The notes under the pieces: model-generated
Seen by the model: the letters and a program-made list of their open reading frames with translations, nothing else
Told to the model about the DNA's origin: nothing
Databases searched by the model: none
Part shown: positions 32,366 through 40,867 of the stretch, one piece after another
How positions within the stretch are numbered: the first letter of the stretch is position 1
Layout: every line of letters begins with the position of its first letter
IMG/VR virus record: IMGVR_UViG_3300042332_001411
Location: 6,786-70,785 of that record
DNA length: 64,000 nt
Direction: 5' to 3' (one strand)
Source of the DNA: a virus
Position numbers and translations under genes: made by a program

Positions 32366-32560
32366 ATGAGAAAGTTGCCCTCAGCCCTACTTTGCGGTAT
32401 ACTTGTATTAGGTCTTTCAGGCTGTGGCGTTTTCGAAAGTAGATATCGTTACGAGTGTCAAGACCCAGCAAACTGGAAAGAAGCAAAGTGCCTTCCTCCA
32501 GCATGTGAAGCAAGCGGTACATGTACAAAAGATTTAGTAAAGGAAACTAACAATGGGTAA
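32366..32560 (+). CDS. Small lipoprotein
   Basis: Lipobox LSGC; Cys-rich RYECQDPANW...C.PP.C...C. Confidence 0.7.
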   Translation: MRKLPSALLCGILVLGLSGCGVFESRYRYECQDPANWKEAKCLPPACEASGTCTKDLVKETNNG

Positions 32561-32957
32561 ACGTAGAACGCAAGCAGAACTAGATGGTTTATTAAAGTTT
32601 GTATTAGGTCTTACTTTAGGGGCAATTTTATTCTTTACAACAATGGGTATTTTATATGCTCTCGTTTTTGTTGAGCAACCACTAACTGGTCAATCTGAAA
32701 ACGACAAAATGTTTTTTAATGTTTTGGGTAGCGTAGCAACTTTTATTACTGGAACGCTTGCAGGTATTTTAATTGGTCAGTCTGGTGCAAAAGATATTAT
32801 GGATGCACAGTTGTCTAATAAAGAAATGGATTCTAAAAATACATTAGCAGATAAAAAACTTGAATCAGAAATTGATGAAGCAAAGGCACGGAGATTAAAT
32901 AAACCTGACGGAGCAATGCCAGAAGAACAACCTATTGATACAGATTGGGATAAATAA
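32553..32957 (+). CDS. Two-TM membrane protein (holin/lysis-accessory candidate)
   Basis: Two TM helices and a charged C-terminus; upstream of the endolysin. Confidence 0.55.
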   Translation: MGKRRTQAELDGLLKFVLGLTLGAILFFTTMGILYALVFVEQPLTGQSENDKMFFNVLGSVATFITGTLAGILIGQSGAKDIMDAQLSNKEMDSKNTLADKKLESEIDEAKARRLNKPDGAMPEEQPIDTDWDK

Positions 32958-33190
32958 TGTCTAAAAAAAAATCAGATAGCAAAAAAAGAAGTATTTATAA
33001 ATCAGTTACTTGGCCATTAGTCCATATTGGATTTGTTGGAACGTTAGTTTATTTTTTTGAAAAGGCTATTACTGGTGAAGCCCATTGGGAATATGCTGGC
33101 ACATTTGCAATAATTTATACAGGATGTGAAATATTAGGTTTCTTTTTACATGAAAGAGCCTGGGCTAAATTTGGAAAAAAGGTTAAATAA
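32957..33190 (+). CDS. DUF2061-like membrane protein
   Basis: KRSIYKSVTW...FLHERAW motif. Confidence 0.65.
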   Translation: MSKKKSDSKKRSIYKSVTWPLVHIGFVGTLVYFFEKAITGEAHWEYAGTFAIIYTGCEILGFFLHERAWAKFGKKVK

Positions 33191-33777
33191 TGGCAGAGCA
33201 AGGTACAGCAGCACGACTTATTGAAGTTGCCACTGCAGAAGTAGGAACTGTTGAAGGTCCTAAAGATAATGAAACAAAGTATGGAGCATATGCCAAAGCC
33301 AATTTCCAACCGTGGTGCGGAAGTTTTGTTAATTGGTGTGGTAATGAAGCAGGAGTAAAAATTCCTAATACCGTTTATACCCCTGGTGGAGCAGCAGCAT
33401 TTAAGAAGTCTGGACAATGGATTGACGTAGACGTTGCAGATCCAGAGCCAGGAGATATTGCATACTTTGATTTTCCATCTGACGGGGTAGATAGAATATC
33501 CCATGTAGCAATTGTTGTTAAAGACAATGAAGATGGGACAGTCTGGTGTGTTGAAGGAAATACATCTGGAGATCCTAAAGGTAGCCAACGTAATGGTGGA
33601 GAGGTTTGTAAAAAACTTCGTGCTTACAAGAAAAATAAAAAAGGAATTCTTATTTCTATTGTGGGTTTTGGCAGGCCTAAATTTGGTGCCTCTGCATCAA
33701 AAACACCAGCAGCCCCTGTAAAAAAGGGTACTGCTAAACCAAAAACATGCTCAGCATGTGGACAAACTATAAAATAA
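33190..33777 (+). CDS. CHAP-domain endolysin
   Basis: PWCGSFV; PEPGDIAYF; SHVAIV; VEGNT. Confidence 0.88.
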   Translation: MAEQGTAARLIEVATAEVGTVEGPKDNETKYGAYAKANFQPWCGSFVNWCGNEAGVKIPNTVYTPGGAAAFKKSGQWIDVDVADPEPGDIAYFDFPSDGVDRISHVAIVVKDNEDGTVWCVEGNTSGDPKGSQRNGGEVCKKLRAYKKNKKGILISIVGFGRPKFGASASKTPAAPVKKGTAKPKTCSACGQTIK

Positions 33778-33837
33778 TAGTGCTTGACTAGCCAAAATTT
33801 TTTGGTATACTTAAATAGAAAAAGTAAAGGGGAGCCT

Positions 33838-34359
33838 ATGACAATCATTGCTGTCGTTAAACAAGATGGTAAAGTCTATATGGCAGGAGATCGTGGTGCC
33901 TCTGATGACGATAATATAATGTCTATTGTCGCCCCCAAAGTTTGGAAAACTGGACCATATCTTTTTGGATATGCTGGAACAATGGATGGGGAAAGAATTA
34001 GACATAACTTCAAACCACCACTACCAGAAGGAAATTTAGATAAGTTTATGTATACAAAATTTATCAAGTCATTACGTAAATTTTATGAAGAATGGTGGGT
34101 AGATACAACCAAAGATGCTGATTTTGGCATGATTATTTGTATTCGTGGAAGAATATTTGAACACAACGCAATAGACATGTCTTTAACAGAATATCAACAA
34201 CCATTCTTGTGTATGGGATCTGGATCGGGGTATGCCTATGGATCCTTATACTCAACACAAAAACAAAAAAATCCTAGAAATAGAGTAAGACAAGCAGTTG
34301 CATCAGCAATAGAATACTCCCCTTCATGTAAAGGGCCAATAGATACGGTGAGTGCATAA
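33838..34359 (+). CDS. Ntn-hydrolase (HslV/proteasome-beta-like) protease
   Basis: ATG at 33838 after GGGGAG gives M-T-IIAV (N-terminal Thr); MAGDR; GYAG; MGSGS..AYGSL. Confidence 0.75.
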   Translation: MTIIAVVKQDGKVYMAGDRGASDDDNIMSIVAPKVWKTGPYLFGYAGTMDGERIRHNFKPPLPEGNLDKFMYTKFIKSLRKFYEEWWVDTTKDADFGMIICIRGRIFEHNAIDMSLTEYQQPFLCMGSGSGYAYGSLYSTQKQKNPRNRVRQAVASAIEYSPSCKGPIDTVSA

Positions 34360-34565
34360 TGAGTGATATCTTTAAAGAAGAAAGAGAAGAATTGGCAAAT
34401 ATTCAAGAATTTGAAATTTGGCTAGAAAATGGAATTAGTAGAAAATGGATAACTCCTCCATTCTGTAACACACATGATGGAGATCCGTATATGACCGAAG
34501 AAGAAGAACAAGAATGGTCAGATGGCGGAGACCCTTGTCAAGTTGTGTTGAAAGTTGTTAGTTAA
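34359..34565 (+). CDS. Hypothetical protein
   Basis: CNTHDG...GDPC motif; coupled on both sides. Confidence 0.6.
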   Translation: MSDIFKEEREELANIQEFEIWLENGISRKWITPPFCNTHDGDPYMTEEEEQEWSDGGDPCQVVLKVVS

Positions 34566-36016
34566 TGATAATTTTAGGAATTAATGAAACAACTCATGAC
34601 GCATCTGTGTCTTTGTTAAGAAATGGAGAGTTAGTATTTGCTGCACATGCAGAGCGTTTTAGTAAACAAAAAAATGATTGGTTTACTAATGATGAACTAA
34701 TTGATTGTGCACTTCAGTATGGAAAGCCAGACCGCATAGCCTACTACGAAAATCGTTGGTTAAAAAAATCTAGAATATTGCTAAAAGGTGGATTTGGTGG
34801 TGGCAAGCCAAACTATCTAAACAGAAAAGATTTAAGGTGGGTGCCAAGAGAATCATTTAGCCATCACTATTCACACGCAGCAGCAGGCTACTACACAAGC
34901 CCATTTCGTGATGCTGTTATTGTTGTTTTAGATGCTATTGGCGAGTACAACACCTCTACTATATGGGTAGGAGATGGTTCAAGAATTAAACAAGTTTACA
35001 AAAAAAATTACCCCTTTAGTTTTGGTTTATTTTATTCAGCATTTACACAATTAGTTGGCTTAAAACCAAACGAAGAAGAATATATTTTTATGGGTATGGC
35101 AGCCTATGGGGATGCAAACAAATATTACAATAAAGTAAGAGATTATTTTCCAGAGCACAACAAACAAAAATATAATTTTCACAAAGGCATTACTGACTGG
35201 GGCTGGGTAACAGAACAGGATAAGTTTGATATTGCTGCAGCAGTTCAAAAAGTATATGAACTTAGACTTATGGAATTCATGAAAATGGCAAGAACCATTA
35301 CAGGGAAAACCGAGTTAGTATTTATGGGTGGTTGTGCATTAAACTGTTCTGCTAACACAAGATTGTGGGATATATTTGATGATGTTTGGATCATGCCAAA
35401 TCCTGGAGATTCTGGAAGTTCATTAGGTGCTGCAGTTGCATCATATGGAAAACATATTAAATGGCAAAATCCTTATCTAGGCTATGATTTGGGCGGGACT
35501 TATCCAGTATCAGAAATAATTACAGAGTTAATTAAAAATAAAGTAGCAGCAGTTGCGGTTGGCAGAGCAGAATATGGACCAAGAGCACTAGGAAACAGAA
35601 GCATCCTAGCAGATCCAAGGGATCCTTTAATTAAGGACAAAGTCAATTTAATTAAACAAAGAGAACTTTTTAGACCATTTGCTCCAGTAGTCTTGGAAGA
35701 GCATGCTGATAAATGGTTTGACATGGATTTTACATCTCCATATATGCAGTATGCAGTAAAGTGTTTACAGCCAGACAAAATTCCTGCAGTAGTCCATAAA
35801 GATGGAACTTCAAGAGTGCAAACAGTAAACAAAGATCAACATCCTGGGTTGCACGAAGTTTTGTCTAACTGGTATGCACTTACGGGAGTCCCAGTATTAT
35901 TAAATACTAGTTTAAATATTAAAGGGCAGCCATTGTTAAATGACGAAAAAGATATCTTGGCATGGGAAAAAGCATATAATTCTAAAGTTATAACTGGTAA
36001 AAATGGCAAAGACTGA
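34565..36016 (+). CDS. Carbamoyltransferase (NodU/CmcH/TobZ family)
   Basis: HDAS...ERFS; HHYSHAA; GGCALN; GPRALGNRSIL; RPFAP; LLNTSLN. Confidence 0.95.
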   Translation: MIILGINETTHDASVSLLRNGELVFAAHAERFSKQKNDWFTNDELIDCALQYGKPDRIAYYENRWLKKSRILLKGGFGGGKPNYLNRKDLRWVPRESFSHHYSHAAAGYYTSPFRDAVIVVLDAIGEYNTSTIWVGDGSRIKQVYKKNYPFSFGLFYSAFTQLVGLKPNEEEYIFMGMAAYGDANKYYNKVRDYFPEHNKQKYNFHKGITDWGWVTEQDKFDIAAAVQKVYELRLMEFMKMARTITGKTELVFMGGCALNCSANTRLWDIFDDVWIMPNPGDSGSSLGAAVASYGKHIKWQNPYLGYDLGGTYPVSEIITELIKNKVAAVAVGRAEYGPRALGNRSILADPRDPLIKDKVNLIKQRELFRPFAPVVLEEHADKWFDMDFTSPYMQYAVKCLQPDKIPAVVHKDGTSRVQTVNKDQHPGLHEVLSNWYALTGVPVLLNTSLNIKGQPLLNDEKDILAWEKAYNSKVITGKNGKD

Positions 36017-36647
36017 TTTTAATATTTGGCAAAAATCTTTTGATAAATCATTTTTATTTATTAATGAACAATCAAACGTTAGACCTGATTGGCTAACCTA
36101 CAATGAAGTATTAAAGACTGAATATAAAGATTCAGTAATCAAACCAATAAATAAATATATATATAAATTATGTCCACCACCAAAATTAGTTTCTATTGAG
36201 GATAATGTCATAACTTTATGTCAAGAAAATTTTGCTGAAATATTTTTAGTAAAAAGAAAAAATTCTTTATCTTTAGCAGCAACTGAAAAAATTCATGTAA
36301 GACAATTTTATTTATCTAAAGAAAAAAAAGAAAAAACACCAGAATGTTTTGACCAAGTATTTAATTGGGCCATGCCTTGGTTTATTGATGAAGAAAATAT
36401 AGACATAGAAATATCACCTGCGCCAGACTCACCATTTTATTTTTACAACTTTGCTTATACAAGTAAAAAAACATTACAGGAAAAAATAGACCCACTTATG
36501 TTATTTTTTAAATTTAAGAATGCTGGAAATCACATGGTAGATGAGGAGTGTGGTAGAATAAAAAGACAACAGCCTGCGTATTTGATAAAGTTTGCCTGTA
36601 GTGATATACTAGTAAACAAGGTAAAGGAGTTTTATGGCAAAAATTAA
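36003..36647 (+). CDS. Hypothetical protein, possibly a distant paralog of the two following genes
   Basis: CPP and MPW motifs; coupled. Confidence 0.5.
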   Translation: MAKTDFNIWQKSFDKSFLFINEQSNVRPDWLTYNEVLKTEYKDSVIKPINKYIYKLCPPPKLVSIEDNVITLCQENFAEIFLVKRKNSLSLAATEKIHVRQFYLSKEKKEKTPECFDQVFNWAMPWFIDEENIDIEISPAPDSPFYFYNFAYTSKKTLQEKIDPLMLFFKFKNAGNHMVDEECGRIKRQQPAYLIKFACSDILVNKVKEFYGKN

Positions 36648-37359
36648 ATTTTATCCATTTAGTCAAGAAACAATACATGTTGCCCCAGAACCAACCCCTG
36701 CTTCAAAAAATATGCCAACTTGGTACAAAAAACAACCAGCGTATGGCGCCAACGAAGAAACATCCTTGCAGAAGGGTTTTTCTGCATCAACCGTAAAAAG
36801 ATGCATGCCAATTTTTGATGCATTAAATAGCGGGTATATAATTTATTTTCCTTGTGATATATATATAGATGCAACGAATCCAGAAAAAATTTCTTGGTCG
36901 TTACCAGAAACTATGAAAATGTTTAAAAGAGAGATAGTATCTTCTCACAGCCCAGAGCAAGTTTCACATTATCCAAGAGATGAAAAAAAATATCATAAAG
37001 AAATATTTAGAGTTATGCCATTTTGGTCTGTTGGAACAGACAGGGGATATAGTTCCCTATTTACGCACCCAATACATAGAGATGGCCTTCCATTTCAAGC
37101 ATTTTCAGCAGTAATAGATACTGACAAATTTGTAAGTGATGGACACTTGTCTGTTTATATTGAAAAAGATTTTAAAGGCATAATTGAAAGAGGCACGCCA
37201 TTAGTTCAAGTAATTCCATTCAAAAGAGATAAATATGAAATGGAGTTAGTTGACATTAAAGAGTCTTCTAATTTTATCAATAAACAAAGGTTACTTGTAA
37301 GAAGTAAATTTAAAAATTTTTATAGAGACAATTTAAGACAAAAGAAAGAGTATCGATGA
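36634..37359 (+). CDS. DUF6065-like protein
   Basis: P.WYK; TVKRCMPIFDA..GY; IERGTPLVQVIPFKR. Confidence 0.65.
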   Translation: MAKIKFYPFSQETIHVAPEPTPASKNMPTWYKKQPAYGANEETSLQKGFSASTVKRCMPIFDALNSGYIIYFPCDIYIDATNPEKISWSLPETMKMFKREIVSSHSPEQVSHYPRDEKKYHKEIFRVMPFWSVGTDRGYSSLFTHPIHRDGLPFQAFSAVIDTDKFVSDGHLSVYIEKDFKGIIERGTPLVQVIPFKRDKYEMELVDIKESSNFINKQRLLVRSKFKNFYRDNLRQKKEYR

Positions 37360-38084
37360 GCGATCCACAAAAAATAAGTTTTATTCCATCTTTGGAAAAT
37401 TTTAAAGATGTTTATACTGCTCCAGTTCCAGCAATTACTATGGTTCCAGAATGGTACAAAAGTCTTACTTTATATGGAGATACTAACGATATCAAAAATT
37501 TAAATCCAGTGAATCACGTAGGTACTGATGGGACTTTAGTTGACACTAAAAAATGTATGCCGATGTTTGACGCCTTGACGTCAGGCTATTATTATTTGTT
37601 AGAAGATGACTTACATGTTGCTTTAAATGATGATGGTTTTCCAACTTTAACTTGGAAGGGTGATGTTATGTTAGTTGATAAAAGACCAACTCTACAAATT
37701 CCAGTTCCAGGGAATTGCCATCAGTTACATTTTGGCTTCAGAATGAATTGGTTTTATCGCACACCACCAGGACATTCTGTTTTAGTTACACACCCAATGA
37801 ATAGATATGACTTGCCGTTCTACACTCTTTCTGGAATGGTTGATTCTGATATTTGGGGTCTTCCAGTGTTTTTTTCATTTTTTTTAAAAAGAGATTTTAT
37901 TGGAACAATTCCAAAAGGAACTCCTATTATGCAATTTGTTCCATTTAAAAGAGATGAGTGGGAAATTGAAATAAAAACTGATAAAAAATCTATAGAAGAA
38001 GAAGAGTTTAAGGCTGAAAAAAGGAGAACAATGGTGACTGGCTACTACAAAGAAGATGTCTGGCAAAAAAAGGAGTACAGATGA
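37356..38084 (+). CDS. DUF6065-like protein (tandem paralog)
   Basis: PEWYK; KKCMPMFDA..GY; IPKGTPIMQFVPFKR. Confidence 0.65.
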   Translation: MSDPQKISFIPSLENFKDVYTAPVPAITMVPEWYKSLTLYGDTNDIKNLNPVNHVGTDGTLVDTKKCMPMFDALTSGYYYLLEDDLHVALNDDGFPTLTWKGDVMLVDKRPTLQIPVPGNCHQLHFGFRMNWFYRTPPGHSVLVTHPMNRYDLPFYTLSGMVDSDIWGLPVFFSFFLKRDFIGTIPKGTPIMQFVPFKRDEWEIEIKTDKKSIEEEEFKAEKRRTMVTGYYKEDVWQKKEYR

Positions 38085-39040
38085 GTGATCTTTCTAAACT
38101 AACTAAAGAAGAACAAATAGAAAAACAAAATACTTCTGTAGACAGTATTAACGTTGTCATGTATTCATACAGGGATAAAGATGCAATTAAAACTTTAGAA
38201 AATTTAATGAAAACTTGGTCTGGTAAAATATTTTTGTTTGTTCACTGGCATGATCAAAGTGGTCCAAATAGGCATAGATCATTAGAAAATCTTATTAATT
38301 CTTATGACAATAGCAACGGAGCCTACGTTCATATTCCTTGGGACGATAACTCAGGGGCTGTTGCCTACAGAAACGATAGACTAAAAGTAACTTTTGGGGG
38401 AAGATACCACCTAAGTATAACTCCTGGAACAGTGTTTGAGCAGGATTGGGATTTAAAATTAATAAATTTTGTACAAGGAAAAAACATAATTGTTTCAGGA
38501 GACAAACAAATAAAAATAGAAAAAGGAGATAATTTTTTTATTAAAAAAGAATTGTCAGATATCTCCGATTTTACATTGACAAATTTTATAGATAAAAATT
38601 TTATTTTTGGTAATGTGGTTATGATGAAAAGTAGTTCTTTAGGAGATTACCATTTGCCAGGTTGGCTAAAGTATTACGGAGAAGAAGAAGTCTTGTCATT
38701 GCAATATTTTAAAGACAATATTGAAATTTATGCTGCTCCGCAAAATGTTGTCACTATAACCAAAAAAACAACTTTAGAAGATTTTAATTATTATCTCACA
38801 TTTTCTAAATATCATAATTATAATAAAGCGTTAGAGTTATTTAAAAAATCATCAAATGATATTGTGGGGGAAATTGATTCAACAATTGTAGATAATTTTA
38901 GTAAATTCCATAATTTTGATTTTAAATCTTTATCGTTGTTACCATTTGATGGAAACGATGTAGCATATAGAAAAACAGATTCTAAGTTTGATCGTTATAA
39001 TGGAAGCAGATTTATCAAAGATTTAAAGAAGGTAGATTAA
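38081..39040 (+). CDS. GT60/GlcNAc-transferase-like protein (divergent)
   Basis: INVVMYSYRD; F.QDWD..L; YYGEE..LSL resemble Skp1-hydroxyproline GlcNAc-transferase family motifs. Confidence 0.55.
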   Translation: MSDLSKLTKEEQIEKQNTSVDSINVVMYSYRDKDAIKTLENLMKTWSGKIFLFVHWHDQSGPNRHRSLENLINSYDNSNGAYVHIPWDDNSGAVAYRNDRLKVTFGGRYHLSITPGTVFEQDWDLKLINFVQGKNIIVSGDKQIKIEKGDNFFIKKELSDISDFTLTNFIDKNFIFGNVVMMKSSSLGDYHLPGWLKYYGEEEVLSLQYFKDNIEIYAAPQNVVTITKKTTLEDFNYYLTFSKYHNYNKALELFKKSSNDIVGEIDSTIVDNFSKFHNFDFKSLSLLPFDGNDVAYRKTDSKFDRYNGSRFIKDLKKVD

Positions 39041-39041
39041 T

Positions 39042-39590
39042 ATGCATAGAATAACAGTTATTGAAAATTTTATTGATAGCCAAGACGCCAAGGTTTTGAT
39101 TGATGAAATGAAAAATCCTTCTGAAACTAATCCATATCCAGAATATTATAAAAAAAGGTATGGCGGAACGGCATTTCCATATAATCCAACGGTTATGAAT
39201 TTGCTTATTAAATATGGAAAAAAATCTAATGATATTCATAAGTCATTAAATGGATATGTTAAGCCAATACATGTATTTAAAGCGTTTGGTTCTTGGTGGC
39301 AAGCGGGTACTAAAGGAGATTTACACATAGACGCACAGGGACCAGAGCCTTTTATTGAGTGGAGTACTATCATGTATCTTAATGATTCTTCAGAATATGA
39401 AGGCGGAGAGATTTATTTTCCAAACCAGGCATTCTCATATAAACCTAAAAAATATTCTGCAGTATTTTTTCCAAGCGCAGGAACAGAATACGTGCATGGT
39501 ATAACAGAAGTAAAATCTGGTCATAGACACACCGCTTTATACATGCATGTTTCTAACAGACAGTTTGCTGATCCAGACTTTTTAAAATAA
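39042..39590 (+). CDS. Prolyl-4-hydroxylase-like 2OG-Fe(II) oxygenase, family B
   Basis: HID; MYLND..YEGGEIYFP; HGI...SGHR. Confidence 0.85.
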   Translation: MHRITVIENFIDSQDAKVLIDEMKNPSETNPYPEYYKKRYGGTAFPYNPTVMNLLIKYGKKSNDIHKSLNGYVKPIHVFKAFGSWWQAGTKGDLHIDAQGPEPFIEWSTIMYLNDSSEYEGGEIYFPNQAFSYKPKKYSAVFFPSAGTEYVHGITEVKSGHRHTALYMHVSNRQFADPDFLK

Positions 39591-39601
39591 AGCATAAGGA
39601 T

Positions 39602-39674
39602 TGGCTCATAACTCAGATGGTAGAGTGCCGAACTGTTAATTCGGATGTCCCAGGATCGAAACCTGGTGAGCCAG
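39602..39674 (+). tRNA. tRNA-Asn(GTT)
   Basis: Acceptor TGGCTCA/TGAGCCA; anticodon arm CCGAA-CTGTTAA-TTCGG; T arm CCAGG-ATCGAAA-CCTGG. Confidence 0.9.
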
Positions 39675-39678
39675 CAAG

Positions 39679-39751
39679 GTCCCCATCGTCTAGTGGCCTA
39701 GGACGTCGCCCTTTCACGGCGTTAACACGGGTTCAAATCCCGTTGGGGACA
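39679..39751 (+). tRNA. tRNA-Glu(TTC)
   Basis: Acceptor GTCCCCA/TGGGGAC; anticodon loop CTTTCAC; T-loop TTCAAAT. Confidence 0.92.
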
Positions 39752-39752
39752 C

Positions 39753-40133
39753 ATGAACTTAGAAAATAATAAAAAGTCTTGCGGAGACTGCACTAAATGT
39801 TGCGATGGCTGGCTTTCTGGAACGGTACAGGGACACCCATTTGGAAATATAGGTGGCACAAGAATTCCTTGTAATTTTGTTTTACAAGGGAGTGGATGTG
39901 GAATATATGAACAAAGACCAAAAAACCCTTGTCGTAATTTTCAATGTGCGTGGTTAAAAATTCCAGAAGTTCCAGAACATCTTAAGCCAAACTTGTCTAA
40001 TATAATTGTTACTCAAAGAGGATTTGGAATTTATGAACTTACAAAGGCTGGAGAAACAGTTAATAGTGAGGCTATTGACTGGTGGATAGAATATTGTAAA
40101 ATTAATAATTTTAAATTAATATATAGTCAATGA
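39753..40133 (+). CDS. YkgJ/CxxCxxCC Fe-S- or Zn-binding protein
   Basis: CGDCTKCC...C..L....CGIYEQRP..PCRNFQC. Confidence 0.8.
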   Translation: MNLENNKKSCGDCTKCCDGWLSGTVQGHPFGNIGGTRIPCNFVLQGSGCGIYEQRPKNPCRNFQCAWLKIPEVPEHLKPNLSNIIVTQRGFGIYELTKAGETVNSEAIDWWIEYCKINNFKLIYSQ

Positions 40134-40834
40134 ATCAAAGTAAAATCTGCAAGACTATATTCAGGATTTTCTAGACTGCTCGGCATTGGAAAAGCAGATT
40201 CAAGCGTTGTATCTTTTAATCTGAGAAAAGATCTGTCATCAACAGAAACAAAATAAAGATTTTTGTCTAATTGTATTTTTTCTGTAGAGTTATAAATTTT
40301 TACATCTTTAATTTGTTCCCCACCAATTTTGGCAAAATTTCCATAGGATGATCTTGGGAAATAGGCAATGTCTAAAGATTCTCTAAGTTTATTTTTATTC
40401 ATAACCATCGGTACATGAATGTCATAATCGATTGGGTCTTTTATTCCGCTCATAACTAACTGTTTGTGTGTCAATTCTAATAAACGAATATAGACTGAAG
40501 CCATGCCCAACTCTTTATACTGTTTTATTTTATTAGAAAGAAGTCCCCCATGAAAATTTGGGACACTTTCCATTGTTTTTAAAGCAAAAAAATCATCATT
40601 CATTAAAACAAAGTCATCAGATATTTCTGGATGCTCCGAAGCAACTTTAATGCAATTTCTAATATTATCAAATTTTTTAGCAGTATCTTCTATATATATA
40701 AAATCACCGATATACCACACTGGTCGATATCCTAAAACCCAGACTCTTCCTTTAGGCATATTTTTTTCAATTGACCTTAAAGAATATTTTAATTCTTCAT
40801 TTTCACCAGCACGAGCAATATAAACATAATCCAT
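40127..40834 (-). CDS. Stealth-family-like sugar-phosphotransferase
   Basis: MDYVY; EELKYSLRSIEKN; ISDDFVLMNDDFF; HVPM. Confidence 0.7.
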   Translation of the reverse strand: MDYVYIARAGENEELKYSLRSIEKNMPKGRVWVLGYRPVWYIGDFIYIEDTAKKFDNIRNCIKVASEHPEISDDFVLMNDDFFALKTMESVPNFHGGLLSNKIKQYKELGMASVYIRLLELTHKQLVMSGIKDPIDYDIHVPMVMNKNKLRESLDIAYFPRSSYGNFAKIGGEQIKDVKIYNSTEKIQLDKNLYFVSVDDRSFLRLKDTTLESAFPMPSSLENPEYSLADFTLIH

Positions 40835-40867
40835 TTTAAAATTATAGCATGGTGTATAATTAACAGG

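Noticed and set aside
512-38066. Numerous antisense or alternate-frame ORFs in the track (e.g. 1943-2488, 28780-29292, 33115-33588, 16478-16759)
   Set aside because: They shadow well-supported genes and show no motifs or expression signals.
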